A stretch of DNA of 64,000 bases. Source: a virus. Within the stretch, counting starts at the first letter, position 1. Every line of letters begins with the position of its first letter. A program made the position numbers and the translations under genes. The stretch is taken from IMG/VR virus record IMGVR_UViG_3300027749_000038. The stretch is one strand, 5' to 3'. Under the pieces are notes generated by a model. It had not been told where the DNA came from and ran no database searches. It was given only the letters and a program-made list of their open reading frames with translations. Below are positions 1-9,183 of this stretch, one piece after another.

Positions 1-1395
1 GAATTTGAAAAATTCATTAACATTTATGATTTAGAACATAAAGGATGGGGGTACTGCAGACATTTTCTTATAGAAGGAGAAATTTTCTTTGAAAATATTA
101 TCTATAAAGAAGATACAAGCTACGGAATTATTGGAGCATTGGCCATTCCATCAGAGATTATCAATCCAGTATATGATAATGTACAAAACAATGTTATTGA
201 AAATTTTATATTTCAAAAACCAATTAGTTTACAGAAAAATCCAGCATCAGCTCTTTCACAGGGTCAAAGTAATATTTCTTCTGCAAATAATTTGCAGAAT
301 CAAATTTTGACTCTACAAGGTAATCAAATTACCTATATTAATTCTGGCATTTGGAACGAAGATCTGACTGTCAAAATACCATTTATAGAAAATTGTAGAA
401 GAGCTTATAAACTTCTTTCTCTTTTAGAAGATGCTATTATTATTTATCGATTAGTTAGAGCTCCGGAAAGGCTTAAATTTGTTATTGATGTTGGAAATAT
501 GCCACCTGCTAAGGCCACTGCTTATCTAGAACAGCTTAAACAGCAATACTGGTCTAAACAAGTGTTTGACGGAAGCAAGGGAGGCATAGCAAATGCTTAT
601 AATCCACAATCGATGTTAGATAGTTATTGGTTTGCTAAGCGTACTGGTGAAACTGGGTCTGATGTATCGGTATTGCCGGGTGGAGACAATCTTGGGAAAT
701 TGGATGATTTGGTTTATTTTGTTAATAAACTTTATAAAAGTTTAAAAGTACCTCTTTCTCGACTGAATCCTAATGAATCTTATAAAGATGGTTCTGAAAT
801 TTTACGCGAAGAATTAAAATTCGCAAAATTTATCATACGTTTGCAAAATCAGTTTGCTAGTGGTTTTAAAGAATCTTTTATAGCTCATCTTAAAATTAAA
901 GGTTGGTGGAAAGATTATAAATTACACGAATCTTATATAAATTTAAATTTTAATGCCCCTTCAAATTATTTTGCTATCAGAGAACAGCAATTATTTGAAC
1001 TCAAGCAGAAAAATTATGGTACTATGGCTCAAAGTGAAGGAATTTCTGATATATTTGCTCAGCGACATTATCTACAATATAGTGATGCTAAGATTAGTGA
1101 AAATATGGAATGGCTACGCAAAGAAGCCGCTTTTAAATGGGAGCTTTCTCAGATTGCTAATGCTGGTCCAAATTGGAGAGAACAGATAGAAATGGCTCAA
1201 CAAGCCGCTAGTGGTGGAGTTTCTGCTGGAAGCGGCAGCGGGGGTGAATCAGGAATAGGAGGTTCTAATATTCCAGAATTTGGAGGAAGTACACCAGAAA
1301 CTACTCCTACAATTCCAGCAGCGGGTGAAGGCGCTGCACCAGAACTAGGAGCAACTCCTACAACTACTGAAGTACCTACTACCCCTGCGGGATAA
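1..1395 (+). CDS. gp20: Portal vertex protein (T4 gp20-like), 5'-truncated by the window edge
   Basis: Frame is open from position 1 (EFEKFINIYDLEHKGW...IEGEIFF). Contains the gp20 motifs LEDAIIIYRLVRAPERLKFVIDVGNMPPAKA, SMLDSYWFAKR, SVLPGG and KLYKSLKVPLSRL. Confidence 0.95.
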   Translation, partial: EFEKFINIYDLEHKGWGYCRHFLIEGEIFFENIIYKEDTSYGIIGALAIPSEIINPVYDNVQNNVIENFIFQKPISLQKNPASALSQGQSNISSANNLQNQILTLQGNQITYINSGIWNEDLTVKIPFIENCRRAYKLLSLLEDAIIIYRLVRAPERLKFVIDVGNMPPAKATAYLEQLKQQYWSKQVFDGSKGGIANAYNPQSMLDSYWFAKRTGETGSDVSVLPGGDNLGKLDDLVYFVNKLYKSLKVPLSRLNPNESYKDGSEILREELKFAKFIIRLQNQFASGFKESFIAHLKIKGWWKDYKLHESYINLNFNAPSNYFAIREQQLFELKQKNYGTMAQSEGISDIFAQRHYLQYSDAKISENMEWLRKEAAFKWELSQIANAGPNWREQIEMAQQAASGGVSAGSGSGGESGIGGSNIPEFGGSTPETTPTIPAAGEGAAPELGATPTTTEVPTTPAG

Positions 1396-1403
1396 GTAGT
1401 GTC

Positions 1404-2567
1404 ATGGGTGTTTTACCAAACAACTTTAGAGGAAGTACCACTTTTAATAACAGCATCTCAAGTTACGACATGCTTGCCTTGAGGGTTAAGCGTCTATTGG
1501 GATATCCTTTAATTCAAATAGAGATTGCAGACGAACAACTCTATGAAATAATGAATATAGCCTGCGAATATTTTACCAAATTCGCAGGTATGACAGAAGA
1601 ATTTTTAATATTTAGATCCGATCTTTATATCCCAGGAGTAGGACTCCCTATCGGAAGGTTGATTAACATATCACCAGACTTAGCAACCTCTTATGATAAT
1701 TTATCTCCTCTTATTCCAAATAATCAAACCGCCACAGAATATGATAGTTTGATAGGAGATGCAATAAACCATACTTTTATTGTCAACCATAATTTAAATT
1801 CAGACACAGTATATCCCACTGTATATGATGCAGCTAGCAATCAATTGGTAATAACTGGGTCTTCTGTTATAGATGCAAACAACATACGAATTAATTTTTC
1901 TTTTGTTCCTTCTGTTAATCAATATAAAGTAGTAGTATTAAATGGTAAAACTACTTCAGAAATTTCACCTACATTATCTCTCTCGTCTATTCCAGCTGGA
2001 AGTCATGGATTTACTGGAATAGATTTTGACTTAAATGATTATCGCAAAGTAGTAGATGTTTCTTCTTTTATAGAAGGAAGCAATACTGGTATAAACACTT
2101 TATTTACTATAGAACACGCCATAGCCCAACAAGCATATTTTGGACATTTATTAGGTAATGTTGGTTATGACTTAGTAACCTGGCAAGCTTTGAAGGGATG
2201 GATAGATCTTAGAGAAAAAACTCTGGCTTTAACTCCATATTTAAGATTCTACCCAGAAGATCAAATATTAAAGATTATTCCAGAACCAACTCAAAATTCC
2301 GTATATTTTGGATTAGTTAAATGTAAGCTTCAAAAACCAATTAAACATATAGTCAGTCAATTATGGGTTTATAAATATGTAACAGCTCTAACTAAAATTG
2401 CAGTTGCTCACGCTAGAGGAAAATATACAGGCGCGGCTTTATTTGGTGGACAAACTATAAATTATACCGACCTAATGAGCCAGGGATTGGCCGAAAGAGA
2501 TAAATTGGAAGCTGAGATAACATCAGACTTAATCGACAGAGAACCTATCCCATTTTTTATTGGGTAA
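1404..2567 (+). CDS. gp13: Neck protein (T4 gp13-like) with an internal beta-rich insertion
   Basis: N-terminal RVKRLLGYPLIQIEIADEQLYEIMNIACEYF and C-terminal WVYKYVTALTK...GKYTGAALFGGQTIN...EKLEAEI...PIPFFIG match the gp13 pattern. Confidence 0.85.
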   Translation: MGVLPNNFRGSTTFNNSISSYDMLALRVKRLLGYPLIQIEIADEQLYEIMNIACEYFTKFAGMTEEFLIFRSDLYIPGVGLPIGRLINISPDLATSYDNLSPLIPNNQTATEYDSLIGDAINHTFIVNHNLNSDTVYPTVYDAASNQLVITGSSVIDANNIRINFSFVPSVNQYKVVVLNGKTTSEISPTLSLSSIPAGSHGFTGIDFDLNDYRKVVDVSSFIEGSNTGINTLFTIEHAIAQQAYFGHLLGNVGYDLVTWQALKGWIDLREKTLALTPYLRFYPEDQILKIIPEPTQNSVYFGLVKCKLQKPIKHIVSQLWVYKYVTALTKIAVAHARGKYTGAALFGGQTINYTDLMSQGLAERDKLEAEITSDLIDREPIPFFIG

Positions 2568-2570
2568 TAT

Positions 2571-3035
2571 ATGAGAAAATCCCTCAATAAAAATTCTGAG
2601 TTTAATCAAGGCAAATTCATACCAACTAAACCAGAAAAATATAGAGGATCTTATCCGATATATTTTAGATCTAGTCTAGAATTAAAAGCTTATCGATGGA
2701 TGGATAATAATGACAAGGTTATTTCCTGGGGGTCTGAATCTGTAATAATACCTTACATGTCTCCTCTAGATAATAAAATGCATAGATATTTTGTAGATCT
2801 AGTTGTGGCCCTTAAACAAGCAGATAATTCTATTAAAAAATTATTAATAGAAATTAAACCTGAAAAATTTTGTGAAGCTCCTAAAATAACTCCTCGTAAA
2901 AGCAAAAAAACTATTTTATTTGAACATACCCAATACGTTACAAATACAGCTAAATGGGAAGCTGCACGTAAATGGTGTGATAGACATGGATATATTTTTA
3001 TTGTAATGACCGAAAAAGATCTAAATAGATCTTAA
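2571..3035 (+). CDS. gp4: Head completion nuclease (T4 gp4-like, TnsA-type fold)
   Basis: GKFIPTKPEKYRG...FRSSLE...WMDNNDKVISWGSE...IPYMSPLDNKMHRYFVD...IEIKP...N.AKWEAA. Confidence 0.92.
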   Translation: MRKSLNKNSEFNQGKFIPTKPEKYRGSYPIYFRSSLELKAYRWMDNNDKVISWGSESVIIPYMSPLDNKMHRYFVDLVVALKQADNSIKKLLIEIKPEKFCEAPKITPRKSKKTILFEHTQYVTNTAKWEAARKWCDRHGYIFIVMTEKDLNRS

Positions 3036-3063
3036 ACAAGTTTTTGAATAAGGCTACTTGAGG

Positions 3064-3071
3064 TATAAATA
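3064..3071 (+). promoter_or_regulatory. T4-type late promoter TATAAATA upstream of the prohead protease
   Basis: Exact TATAAATA in the intergenic gap, 17 nt before the ATG at 3089. Confidence 0.7.
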
Positions 3072-3088
3072 TTAATTATAATTTTTAT

Positions 3089-3778
3089 ATGAGTAATAAC
3101 GTTTACCGTTTGCTAGTAGAAGAACCAACTTATGAAGTAAACTATTTGTTGGAAGAACAAAACAAGAACTCTCCTTCTAATATGTTTATTAAAGGACCAT
3201 TCTTGATGGCAAATGAAGCTAATAAAAATAAAAGAATTTATCCATTAGAAGAAATGGTGAAAGAAGTGGATCGTTACAGAGTTGAAATGATTGATAACAA
3301 TAGAGCCACTGGAGAACTTAATCATCCTCAATCCCCAGAAATTAATTTAGAAAGAGTTTGTCATATAGTAACAGACCTCAAACAAAATGGTAATATTTTT
3401 GAAGGCAAGAGCAAAATTCTTCACGGAGAAGGAATGCCATTAGGAAATTTGGTGAAGGGTTTAATTCTGCAAGGAGTAAAATTAGGAGTTTCTAGTAGAT
3501 CTTTAGGCAGACTCGTAAGTGAGAAAAATGGAATGAACCGAGTAGCCGACTTTAGACTAGTTGCGGTAGATGTGGTCGCGGACCCATCGGTTCCTACTGC
3601 CTTCGTGAATGGCATTTTAGAATCTAAGCAATGGACCATTGGTAGCAACGGAGAATTTTCTCCTTACTATGAACAATTTGAAAAAAACATTAGTTCTTTG
3701 CCCACTAAAAATAAAAATCAATTTCTCAAAGAACATGTAATTGCTTTTATTAATGCAATTAAAAACCATTCAAGATAA
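3089..3778 (+). CDS. gp21: Prohead core protease (gp21-like)
   Basis: FIKGPFLMANEANKNKRIYP, ATGELNHP, GVSSRSLG and DVVADPSVPTAFVNGILESKQW. Confidence 0.95.
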   Translation: MSNNVYRLLVEEPTYEVNYLLEEQNKNSPSNMFIKGPFLMANEANKNKRIYPLEEMVKEVDRYRVEMIDNNRATGELNHPQSPEINLERVCHIVTDLKQNGNIFEGKSKILHGEGMPLGNLVKGLILQGVKLGVSSRSLGRLVSEKNGMNRVADFRLVAVDVVADPSVPTAFVNGILESKQWTIGSNGEFSPYYEQFEKNISSLPTKNKNQFLKEHVIAFINAIKNHSR

Positions 3779-3791
3779 ATATATTCAAATT

Positions 3792-4031
3792 ATGACAGAA
3801 AAACAACTTATTTCTAAATTCATAGCTCAGCTTTGTGAAAAGCAATTTGCTTTTGCAAATTCTACACTAGCTACTATTGTAGAGGCCAAGCTCAAAGGTA
3901 AAATTAAAAAAGAAGCCGATAAAATGTCTGGTAAAACAGAAAAAAAATCCAAGAAAGATAAAGCTTCTGAATTTTTTGCTAAAATGAAGGGCAAAAAAGC
4001 TACTAAAGGGGCATACCAGAAGAATAAGTAA
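3792..4031 (+). CDS. Small prohead core protein (gp67-like)
   Basis: Short charged ORF between gp21 and gp22 (ISKFIAQL...A...L..IVEAKL). The ATG at 3792 follows TAAATA at 3776-3781. Confidence 0.5.
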   Translation: MTEKQLISKFIAQLCEKQFAFANSTLATIVEAKLKGKIKKEADKMSGKTEKKSKKDKASEFFAKMKGKKATKGAYQKNK

Positions 4032-4046
4032 ATTTATACCTGTAAT

Positions 4047-4940
4047 ATGAATATATCAGCTATTCTAGAAAACATTGAAGGAAATACTCTTAACGAGGAA
4101 GCAGCAACAGCCATTGCAGAAGCATTTGAAGCTGCCGTTAATGAGAAAGTTTCTACTCGCATTGGACTTGAAGTGGAAAAAGCCTTAAATGAACAGGACA
4201 CTGACCACGCCGCTAAATTAAAAACATTAATTGAGGCTATTGATAAAGATCATTCATCTAAGCTCCAAGAAGTAGTTGAAGCGATCAACATCAATCACAC
4301 AGAAAAACTCAAAAAAGTAGTTAATTACTACACCAAAGCTGTAAATGAAAAGGCTCAAACTTTCAGTAATAAGATTGTAAGTGAAATGAGCAATTATTTA
4401 GATTTGTATTTGGATAAATTGATTCCTAAGGAACAATTGAGTGAAGCTGTTGCTAATACCTCAGCTCGTAATCAATTAGAACAAATTAAGAAAATTATTT
4501 CCTTTGATCCTTCTTCTTTAAATGAAGATTTCAAAAAAGTTGTTATCAATGGTAAATCTAAAATAGATGAACTTCAAGCAAAACTTAATGAGTCTTATAA
4601 AGAAAACATTGAGTTAAATGAAACCGTTAAACAAACAAAGGCTTCTTTGTTTATTGAACAAAAATCTAAAGGAATGTCTTCCACAAAGAAAGAATTTCTT
4701 ACCAAAATTTTGAGTGATAAGTCCCCAGAATATATCAATGAAAACTTCGATTATGTTGTTGATATGTTTGAAAGAAATGATCGCTCCGCAGCCAACAATC
4801 TAGCCACAGTTGCAACAAAGTCTGCAATCACCAAAGATGCTAAGGTTGTTAGACCTGTACAAACTCTTGTAGAATCAGCTCAACCTGCCGATTCTGCAGT
4901 AAACCTTTACATGGAGGGCTTGAAGTCCTTCGGTAAATAA
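4047..4940 (+). CDS. gp22: Prohead scaffolding protein (gp22-like)
   Basis: Coiled-coil, Glu/Lys-rich, LNEEAATAIAEAFEAAVNEKV; lies directly upstream of the major capsid gene. Confidence 0.85.
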   Translation: MNISAILENIEGNTLNEEAATAIAEAFEAAVNEKVSTRIGLEVEKALNEQDTDHAAKLKTLIEAIDKDHSSKLQEVVEAININHTEKLKKVVNYYTKAVNEKAQTFSNKIVSEMSNYLDLYLDKLIPKEQLSEAVANTSARNQLEQIKKIISFDPSSLNEDFKKVVINGKSKIDELQAKLNESYKENIELNETVKQTKASLFIEQKSKGMSSTKKEFLTKILSDKSPEYINENFDYVVDMFERNDRSAANNLATVATKSAITKDAKVVRPVQTLVESAQPADSAVNLYMEGLKSFGK

Positions 4941-5010
4941 TTTAGTTGGAGAATTACATGACGTTTTTCTCGAAATTATATCACAGTAAATAGAAAGTTA
5001 ATTAAAATAT

Positions 5011-6462
5011 ATGAGTAATGTTAGCTCCGCTCCAGGATATATCGATCGTAACCGCGCAACTCAGTTGCTAGAAAAATGGGCCCCAATCCTTGATTTCTCT
5101 AGCGCTAAGGTAGCTCCAATTGAGAATGACCATAGCCGTTTGGCTACTGCCATCTTGATGGAAAACCAAGAGAAGTGGTGTTTAAATGAAGCAGGAAATA
5201 CCGCCTCCGGTGGTGTTTTCGGCACAGCGGCAACTGGTAATTATGGTGGCCAAGTAGGACCCGCTGGGTCTGATTGGTACGCTAGTAATGACGCCCGTAT
5301 GCCTAAAGTATTGATTCCTATGGTCCGCCGTACTTTCCCAGAGTTGATCACCAACGAAATCGTTGGAGTTCAGCCTATGAATGGTCCGGTTGGTATGGCA
5401 TTTGCAATGCGTTATAGATATGAAAATGCTGCTCTAGGTACAAACGGTATTGATGGTGTCAATTCTCCCGGTGCTGGTACAGGTGTGGGTTCCAATGGAA
5501 TTCCTCGCGTGGCTGGACCGAACGAAATTGGTTTTCAATACTTGGATACACGTTTCACTGGCACTTCTTCCGCTGGTCTTTCCGGAGTTACCTCCGATTG
5601 GTCATGGAATGCAGAAGACCAGGGTGTAGCCGCTATCTTGAGTCAGTTTGAATTAACTGGGAACATTCCTCAAGTAACTGTTGAATTCAGCAAGATCGCA
5701 GTTGAAGCCGGTACACGCCGCCTCGCAGCTCGCTGGTCGGTTGAATTGGAACAGGATTTGAAGAACATGAACGGATTGGATATCGATTCTGAATTGACAA
5801 ACGCTATGTCGTATGAAATTCAGGCCGAAATCGACCGTGAAATGATTGTTCGCATGATTCAGTTGTCTCTTAATGCAGGTAAAGGTACTGGGTATAGCTT
5901 CTGGTATGCAGCTTCTGCTGATGCTCGTTGGATGGGAGAACGTAATCGTGACTTCTACGCCAAGGTCATCGTTGAAGCCAACCGTATCGCCATTCGTAAC
6001 CGCCGTGGTTCCGCAAACTTCATCGTTGCAACTCCACGTGTTTGTGCGATTTTGGAGATGCTCCCTGAGTTTCAGTGGATGCCAGTAAACGGAAACGTCA
6101 ACACACAACCAACAGGCATTGCCAAAGTTGGTACAGTTGGTGGCCGCTTTACAATCTACCGCGACACACGTACCGAAGCTCAGAACCTAGGTAGCCGTAA
6201 TGCAGCAGGAACAGGTATTGAATATGCTTTATTAGGTTACAAAGGTACCGAGTATTACGATACAGGTATCGTCTATTGTCCGTACATCCCAGTGATGATT
6301 CAACGTACAGTTGGACCGACAGATTTCGCACCTCGCGTAGGGTTAATGACCCGTTACGGAGTTGTGGATTACATCTTCGGTGCTTCTTTGTACTACCATG
6401 TAATCATCGTTAAGGGTCTCAGCACTGACAATGTAGCCGGTAATGCCAGAATCTACATGTAA
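5011..6462 (+). CDS. gp23: Major capsid protein (gp23-like)
   Basis: LLEKWAPIL, AILMENQE, LIPMVRRTFPEL...IVGVQPMNGPVGMAFAMR, VEAGTRRLAARWSVELEQDLKNMNGLDIDSEL, YCPYIP and GLMTRYG. Confidence 0.97.
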   Translation: MSNVSSAPGYIDRNRATQLLEKWAPILDFSSAKVAPIENDHSRLATAILMENQEKWCLNEAGNTASGGVFGTAATGNYGGQVGPAGSDWYASNDARMPKVLIPMVRRTFPELITNEIVGVQPMNGPVGMAFAMRYRYENAALGTNGIDGVNSPGAGTGVGSNGIPRVAGPNEIGFQYLDTRFTGTSSAGLSGVTSDWSWNAEDQGVAAILSQFELTGNIPQVTVEFSKIAVEAGTRRLAARWSVELEQDLKNMNGLDIDSELTNAMSYEIQAEIDREMIVRMIQLSLNAGKGTGYSFWYAASADARWMGERNRDFYAKVIVEANRIAIRNRRGSANFIVATPRVCAILEMLPEFQWMPVNGNVNTQPTGIAKVGTVGGRFTIYRDTRTEAQNLGSRNAAGTGIEYALLGYKGTEYYDTGIVYCPYIPVMIQRTVGPTDFAPRVGLMTRYGVVDYIFGASLYYHVIIVKGLSTDNVAGNARIYM

Positions 6463-6479
6463 GCCTTAGGATAGTTCTT

Positions 6480-6515
6480 AAAACACTCCCACCCAAAAGG
6501 TGGGAGTGTTTTTTT
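6480..6515 (+). terminator. Rho-independent terminator after gp23
   Basis: AAACACTCCCACC-CAAAA-GGTGGGAGTGTTT stem-loop followed by a T tract. Confidence 0.9.
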
Positions 6516-6518
6516 GCT

Positions 6519-6546
6519 TTGATTTCCCATATTTTTGTCTTATTAT
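6519..6546 (+). promoter_or_regulatory. Sigma70-like promoter (TTGATT-N16-TATTAT), -10 box 6 nt before the ATG at 6553
   Basis: Boxes read directly from the sequence; no SD precedes the ATG. Confidence 0.5.
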
Positions 6547-6552
6547 AGACAT

Positions 6553-7104
6553 ATGAATTTAAGATTTGCTTTTTGTGGAGCCCACGGAACCGGTAAAACT
6601 ACTGTTTTAAAAGATATAGCAGATGATCTTTTAGATGTTTACGATCTTAAACCTATTTTTAATACTAGTAATGCTCGTAAATTATTCAAATTGGGTGAAG
6701 AATTAAATGACAAAGGTGGAAATTTTGTACAATATGTAGTACAAGCCAGTCATGTTAGTCGATTTGCAGAAGAAAATTGGTTTGCCGATCGATGTGTGGT
6801 AGATGGATGGGCTTATATGATTGCAGCAAGGCTTAAAAATCAGGTTGATTCAGAATGTTGGCACTCTGTGAGTTGTATGATGGAGTTCTTCGTTCCTTTA
6901 TATACACAGATCTTCTATGTTCCTATTGAATTTGAGATGGAAAATGACGGAATCCGTAAGGTTGATACAGAATATCAGAGAGAAATAGATCATTATATGT
7001 CAGAAGAATTGTTAAAATATAAAAATGTAACAATAGTTAAAGGAAGTCGTGACGAGAGAAAGAATATTGTATTAAAATACCTCCATGAACTTATTCATTC
7101 TTGA
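6553..7104 (+). CDS. P-loop NTPase / nucleoside-monophosphate-kinase-like protein (AAA_28/NadR-like)
   Basis: Walker A motif GAHGTGKT, kinase-type DRCVVD motif and IFYVPIEFEMENDGIR. Confidence 0.7.
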   Translation: MNLRFAFCGAHGTGKTTVLKDIADDLLDVYDLKPIFNTSNARKLFKLGEELNDKGGNFVQYVVQASHVSRFAEENWFADRCVVDGWAYMIAARLKNQVDSECWHSVSCMMEFFVPLYTQIFYVPIEFEMENDGIRKVDTEYQREIDHYMSEELLKYKNVTIVKGSRDERKNIVLKYLHELIHS

Positions 7105-7612
7105 TCTAGATCCTCAAAAAGCAGCTCAATATTATCAAGATCTTCATATCAACAAGATTATTATAGAAGGTTCTCAGTTGTTAGCTGCTGGTTATTCATT
7201 AGAAAGACTTGCAGAAGCAGATTGTCCTCGCACTCAAAAAGGTCAACCACGTAAACATGGACATTATAATCATCCAATGACCAAATGGGTGAGGCAAAAT
7301 ATGAATAATTTTACTTGGACCTTGGACCATTTGAGTGGTTTATATCAAGAAAGATTATATCGATTTGGTAAACCACATTTTACCTGGGAGTTTATAGAAT
7401 GGAGTAGAAATAATCTTCCAAAGTTGCCTTCTTCTAACCTTACAGAGCATCCACAATGTTTTGCAGTTTCATTTCCGGAATGTATTGTACCAGGTAATCC
7501 AGTCCTGGGTTATCAGAATTATTACAACAAAGCCAAGAGAGAGTTTAAATTTGGAAAAAAAATGGTAAAAGCTTCTTGGACTAAAAGAGATGTGCCTTAC
7601 TTCTTTGTTTAA
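7085..7612 (+). CDS. Pyrimidine-dimer DNA glycosylase (DenV-like) family protein
   Basis: MNLFILDLDP..AAQYYQDLHINKIIIEGSQLL, H.NHPMTKWVRQN..NFTW and HPQCFA...Y..YY..K. Confidence 0.75.
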   Translation: MNLFILDLDPQKAAQYYQDLHINKIIIEGSQLLAAGYSLERLAEADCPRTQKGQPRKHGHYNHPMTKWVRQNMNNFTWTLDHLSGLYQERLYRFGKPHFTWEFIEWSRNNLPKLPSSNLTEHPQCFAVSFPECIVPGNPVLGYQNYYNKAKREFKFGKKMVKASWTKRDVPYFFV

Positions 7613-7625
7613 TAAGTAATCTTAT

Positions 7626-8093
7626 ATGAATTTTTTAAATTTTTATACCGAAGCTGTTAATAAATTTAACACAGAATGGCAGGTTACCAGAGAAGAAGCC
7701 AAAAAAATTAAAAATGTAGATGCTAAAATATCACATGTCAAAAAATTTTTAGAAGATAATCCATCCAAAGCTAATTTGGGCAGGGTCTTAAATTGGACTC
7801 GTATGTCTAAGTTGGGTTATAAGAATTCTTCGCCTGAATTGACTCAGAAATTTGAAGATTATCTGGATTATCTAGAAGTTAATGCTGATAAATTTTCAGA
7901 AGAAGATAAAGATGTAGACCTTAAAGATCTACCAGAAAGTAAATTTATAGCTGTATATAAAGATTTGGTTCATAGAAAGAATGATTTCCAACACGGAGGA
8001 AAAAGACCGGTTTCTATGAGCCAATATTTGGCTAAAATGGTTCAGGTAGCTAAAGAAAGAGACATTAAGCTTCCACTAGACCCACAAGCCTAA
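7626..8093 (+). CDS. Hypothetical protein (late-expressed, possibly virion-internal)
   Basis: 155-aa charged ORF preceded by TAAGTA at 7613-7618. Confidence 0.6.
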   Translation: MNFLNFYTEAVNKFNTEWQVTREEAKKIKNVDAKISHVKKFLEDNPSKANLGRVLNWTRMSKLGYKNSSPELTQKFEDYLDYLEVNADKFSEEDKDVDLKDLPESKFIAVYKDLVHRKNDFQHGGKRPVSMSQYLAKMVQVAKERDIKLPLDPQA

Positions 8094-8557
8094 CCATCCA
8101 GCAACATATCTCCTCTGGTTTTTGAAGATTTACTACCAATCATTTGAGAAATTACCTCATCTCTAGTGGCTATAAGAATATTATTAGATGCTGGAAGTCT
8201 AGAAACTATATCTTTCTTTCCAGCAATATCCATTTCTTTAAGTTTTACATCTACAGTGGCTTGTTTTTGTTGTAGATTAATTTTATTCATTGAATCAATA
8301 GCCTTGGTTGTGGCTCCTATCAACTGAGCCATAGCAGCAATTTCTTTAGAATCAGCTCCCATAGCAATAGAATTTTTAAGACTAGTAATAGCCTCTAAAC
8401 CAGCTTGAATTACCTCTGAGGTTTTTTTGTATACATATTCATTAACATTTTCATCATTCACTTTTTCTACAGGACTAGGAGGAATTAATAAAGCAGAAGT
8501 AATACTATCTGCTCTAAGGTCTTGTATAATACTATCAATTTCGTTACGGCATTCCAT
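8090..8557 (-). CDS. gp16: Probable terminase small subunit (gp16-like)
   Basis: Helical pattern EYVY...EVIQAGLEAI..L......DSKEIAAMAQLIGATTKAIDSM.KI, then NNILIATRDEVISQM, resembles the cyanophage-type gp16 tail (NNALFVGST..LQK.L). Confidence 0.6.
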   Translation of the reverse strand: MECRNEIDSIIQDLRADSITSALLIPPSPVEKVNDENVNEYVYKKTSEVIQAGLEAITSLKNSIAMGADSKEIAAMAQLIGATTKAIDSMNKINLQQKQATVDVKLKEMDIAGKKDIVSRLPASNNILIATRDEVISQMIGSKSSKTRGDMLLDG

Positions 8558-8558
8558 G

Positions 8559-8587
8559 TTGAATATTTTTTAATCCAGAGCTATAAT
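8559..8587 (+). promoter_or_regulatory. Sigma70 promoter TTGAAT-N17-TATAAT; predicted +1 coincides with the A of the dUTPase ATG (8594)
   Basis: Near-consensus boxes, 17-bp spacer, 6 nt to the ATG. Confidence 0.75.
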
Positions 8588-8593
8588 ACTTAT

Positions 8594-9148
8594 ATGACTA
8601 ATTATCCTTTTCTATCAGAAATTCACTTTAAGAAAACTCATCCCGAGGCTCTTCTTCCGCGTAGAAATAATTCTAATGATACAGGTTATGATCTATTTGC
8701 TGTAGAGGATGTTACTATTCCTTCCAAGGGAGATGGAGTTGTCCCAACTGGAATACAAGTAGCAAAGGTACCGGAAAATATTTGGTATTTAATTCTTCCG
8801 CGATCTGGTATAGGCTTTAAACATGGTATACAACCTCATTTAGGTGTAATTGATAATTGTGTACCAGCTGGTACTAAAATTCTTACATCAGAAGGAGAAA
8901 TAAATGTAGAAGATCTTTTTGAAAGAGAAATTAAACCAAACATTATTTCATATCACATCGACTCTCATCAGCTTCAGGAAGATAATATAAAGGATATGTG
9001 GATTGTAGAAAACCGTGAACTTTTTAAAATACATACAGCGGATGGTAATATACTAGAAGTTCCTCCAGAAAAAGAACTTTATACAAAAAAAGGATGGATA
9101 AAAGCTTTGAATTTGACAGAAGGAGATGAAATACTATCAGTTTCTTAA
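8594..9148 (+). CDS. dut: dUTPase N-terminal half (88 aa, motifs I-III) fused to a split-intein N fragment (96 aa, starts at Cys codon 8858)
   Basis: dUTPase motifs DTGYDL, VVPTG, ILPRSGIGFKHG and GVIDN are followed by intein block A CVPAGTKILTSEGEINVEDL and the ending KGWIKALNLTEGDEILSV-stop. Confidence 0.93.
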   Translation: MTNYPFLSEIHFKKTHPEALLPRRNNSNDTGYDLFAVEDVTIPSKGDGVVPTGIQVAKVPENIWYLILPRSGIGFKHGIQPHLGVIDNCVPAGTKILTSEGEINVEDLFEREIKPNIISYHIDSHQLQEDNIKDMWIVENRELFKIHTADGNILEVPPEKELYTKKGWIKALNLTEGDEILSVS

Positions 9149-9183
9149 TACCATTACCACCACGATATAGGGTAAGTATACGT

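Noticed and set aside
1700-2010. gp13 insertion as an intein or intron
   Set aside because: No Cys/Ser start or His-Asn end, the frame is uninterrupted, and the sequence resembles a structural beta module.
89-6331. Alternative-frame or antisense ORFs inside the portal, gp21 and gp23 genes (89-310, 953-1189, 3421-3648, 5653-6108, 5873-6088, 6149-6331)
   Set aside because: They fully overlap well-supported head genes and carry no recognisable motifs.
1-6462. Head gene order differing from T4 (gp13 and gp4 between gp20 and gp21; gp16 isolated)
   Set aside because: Rearranged order is common among distant T4-like phages and is not by itself evidence of a new system.
8522-8593. ORF-track N-terminal extension of the dUTPase
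   Set aside because: It overlaps the divergent gp16-like gene and a consensus promoter; the ATG at 8594 gives a normal dUTPase start.
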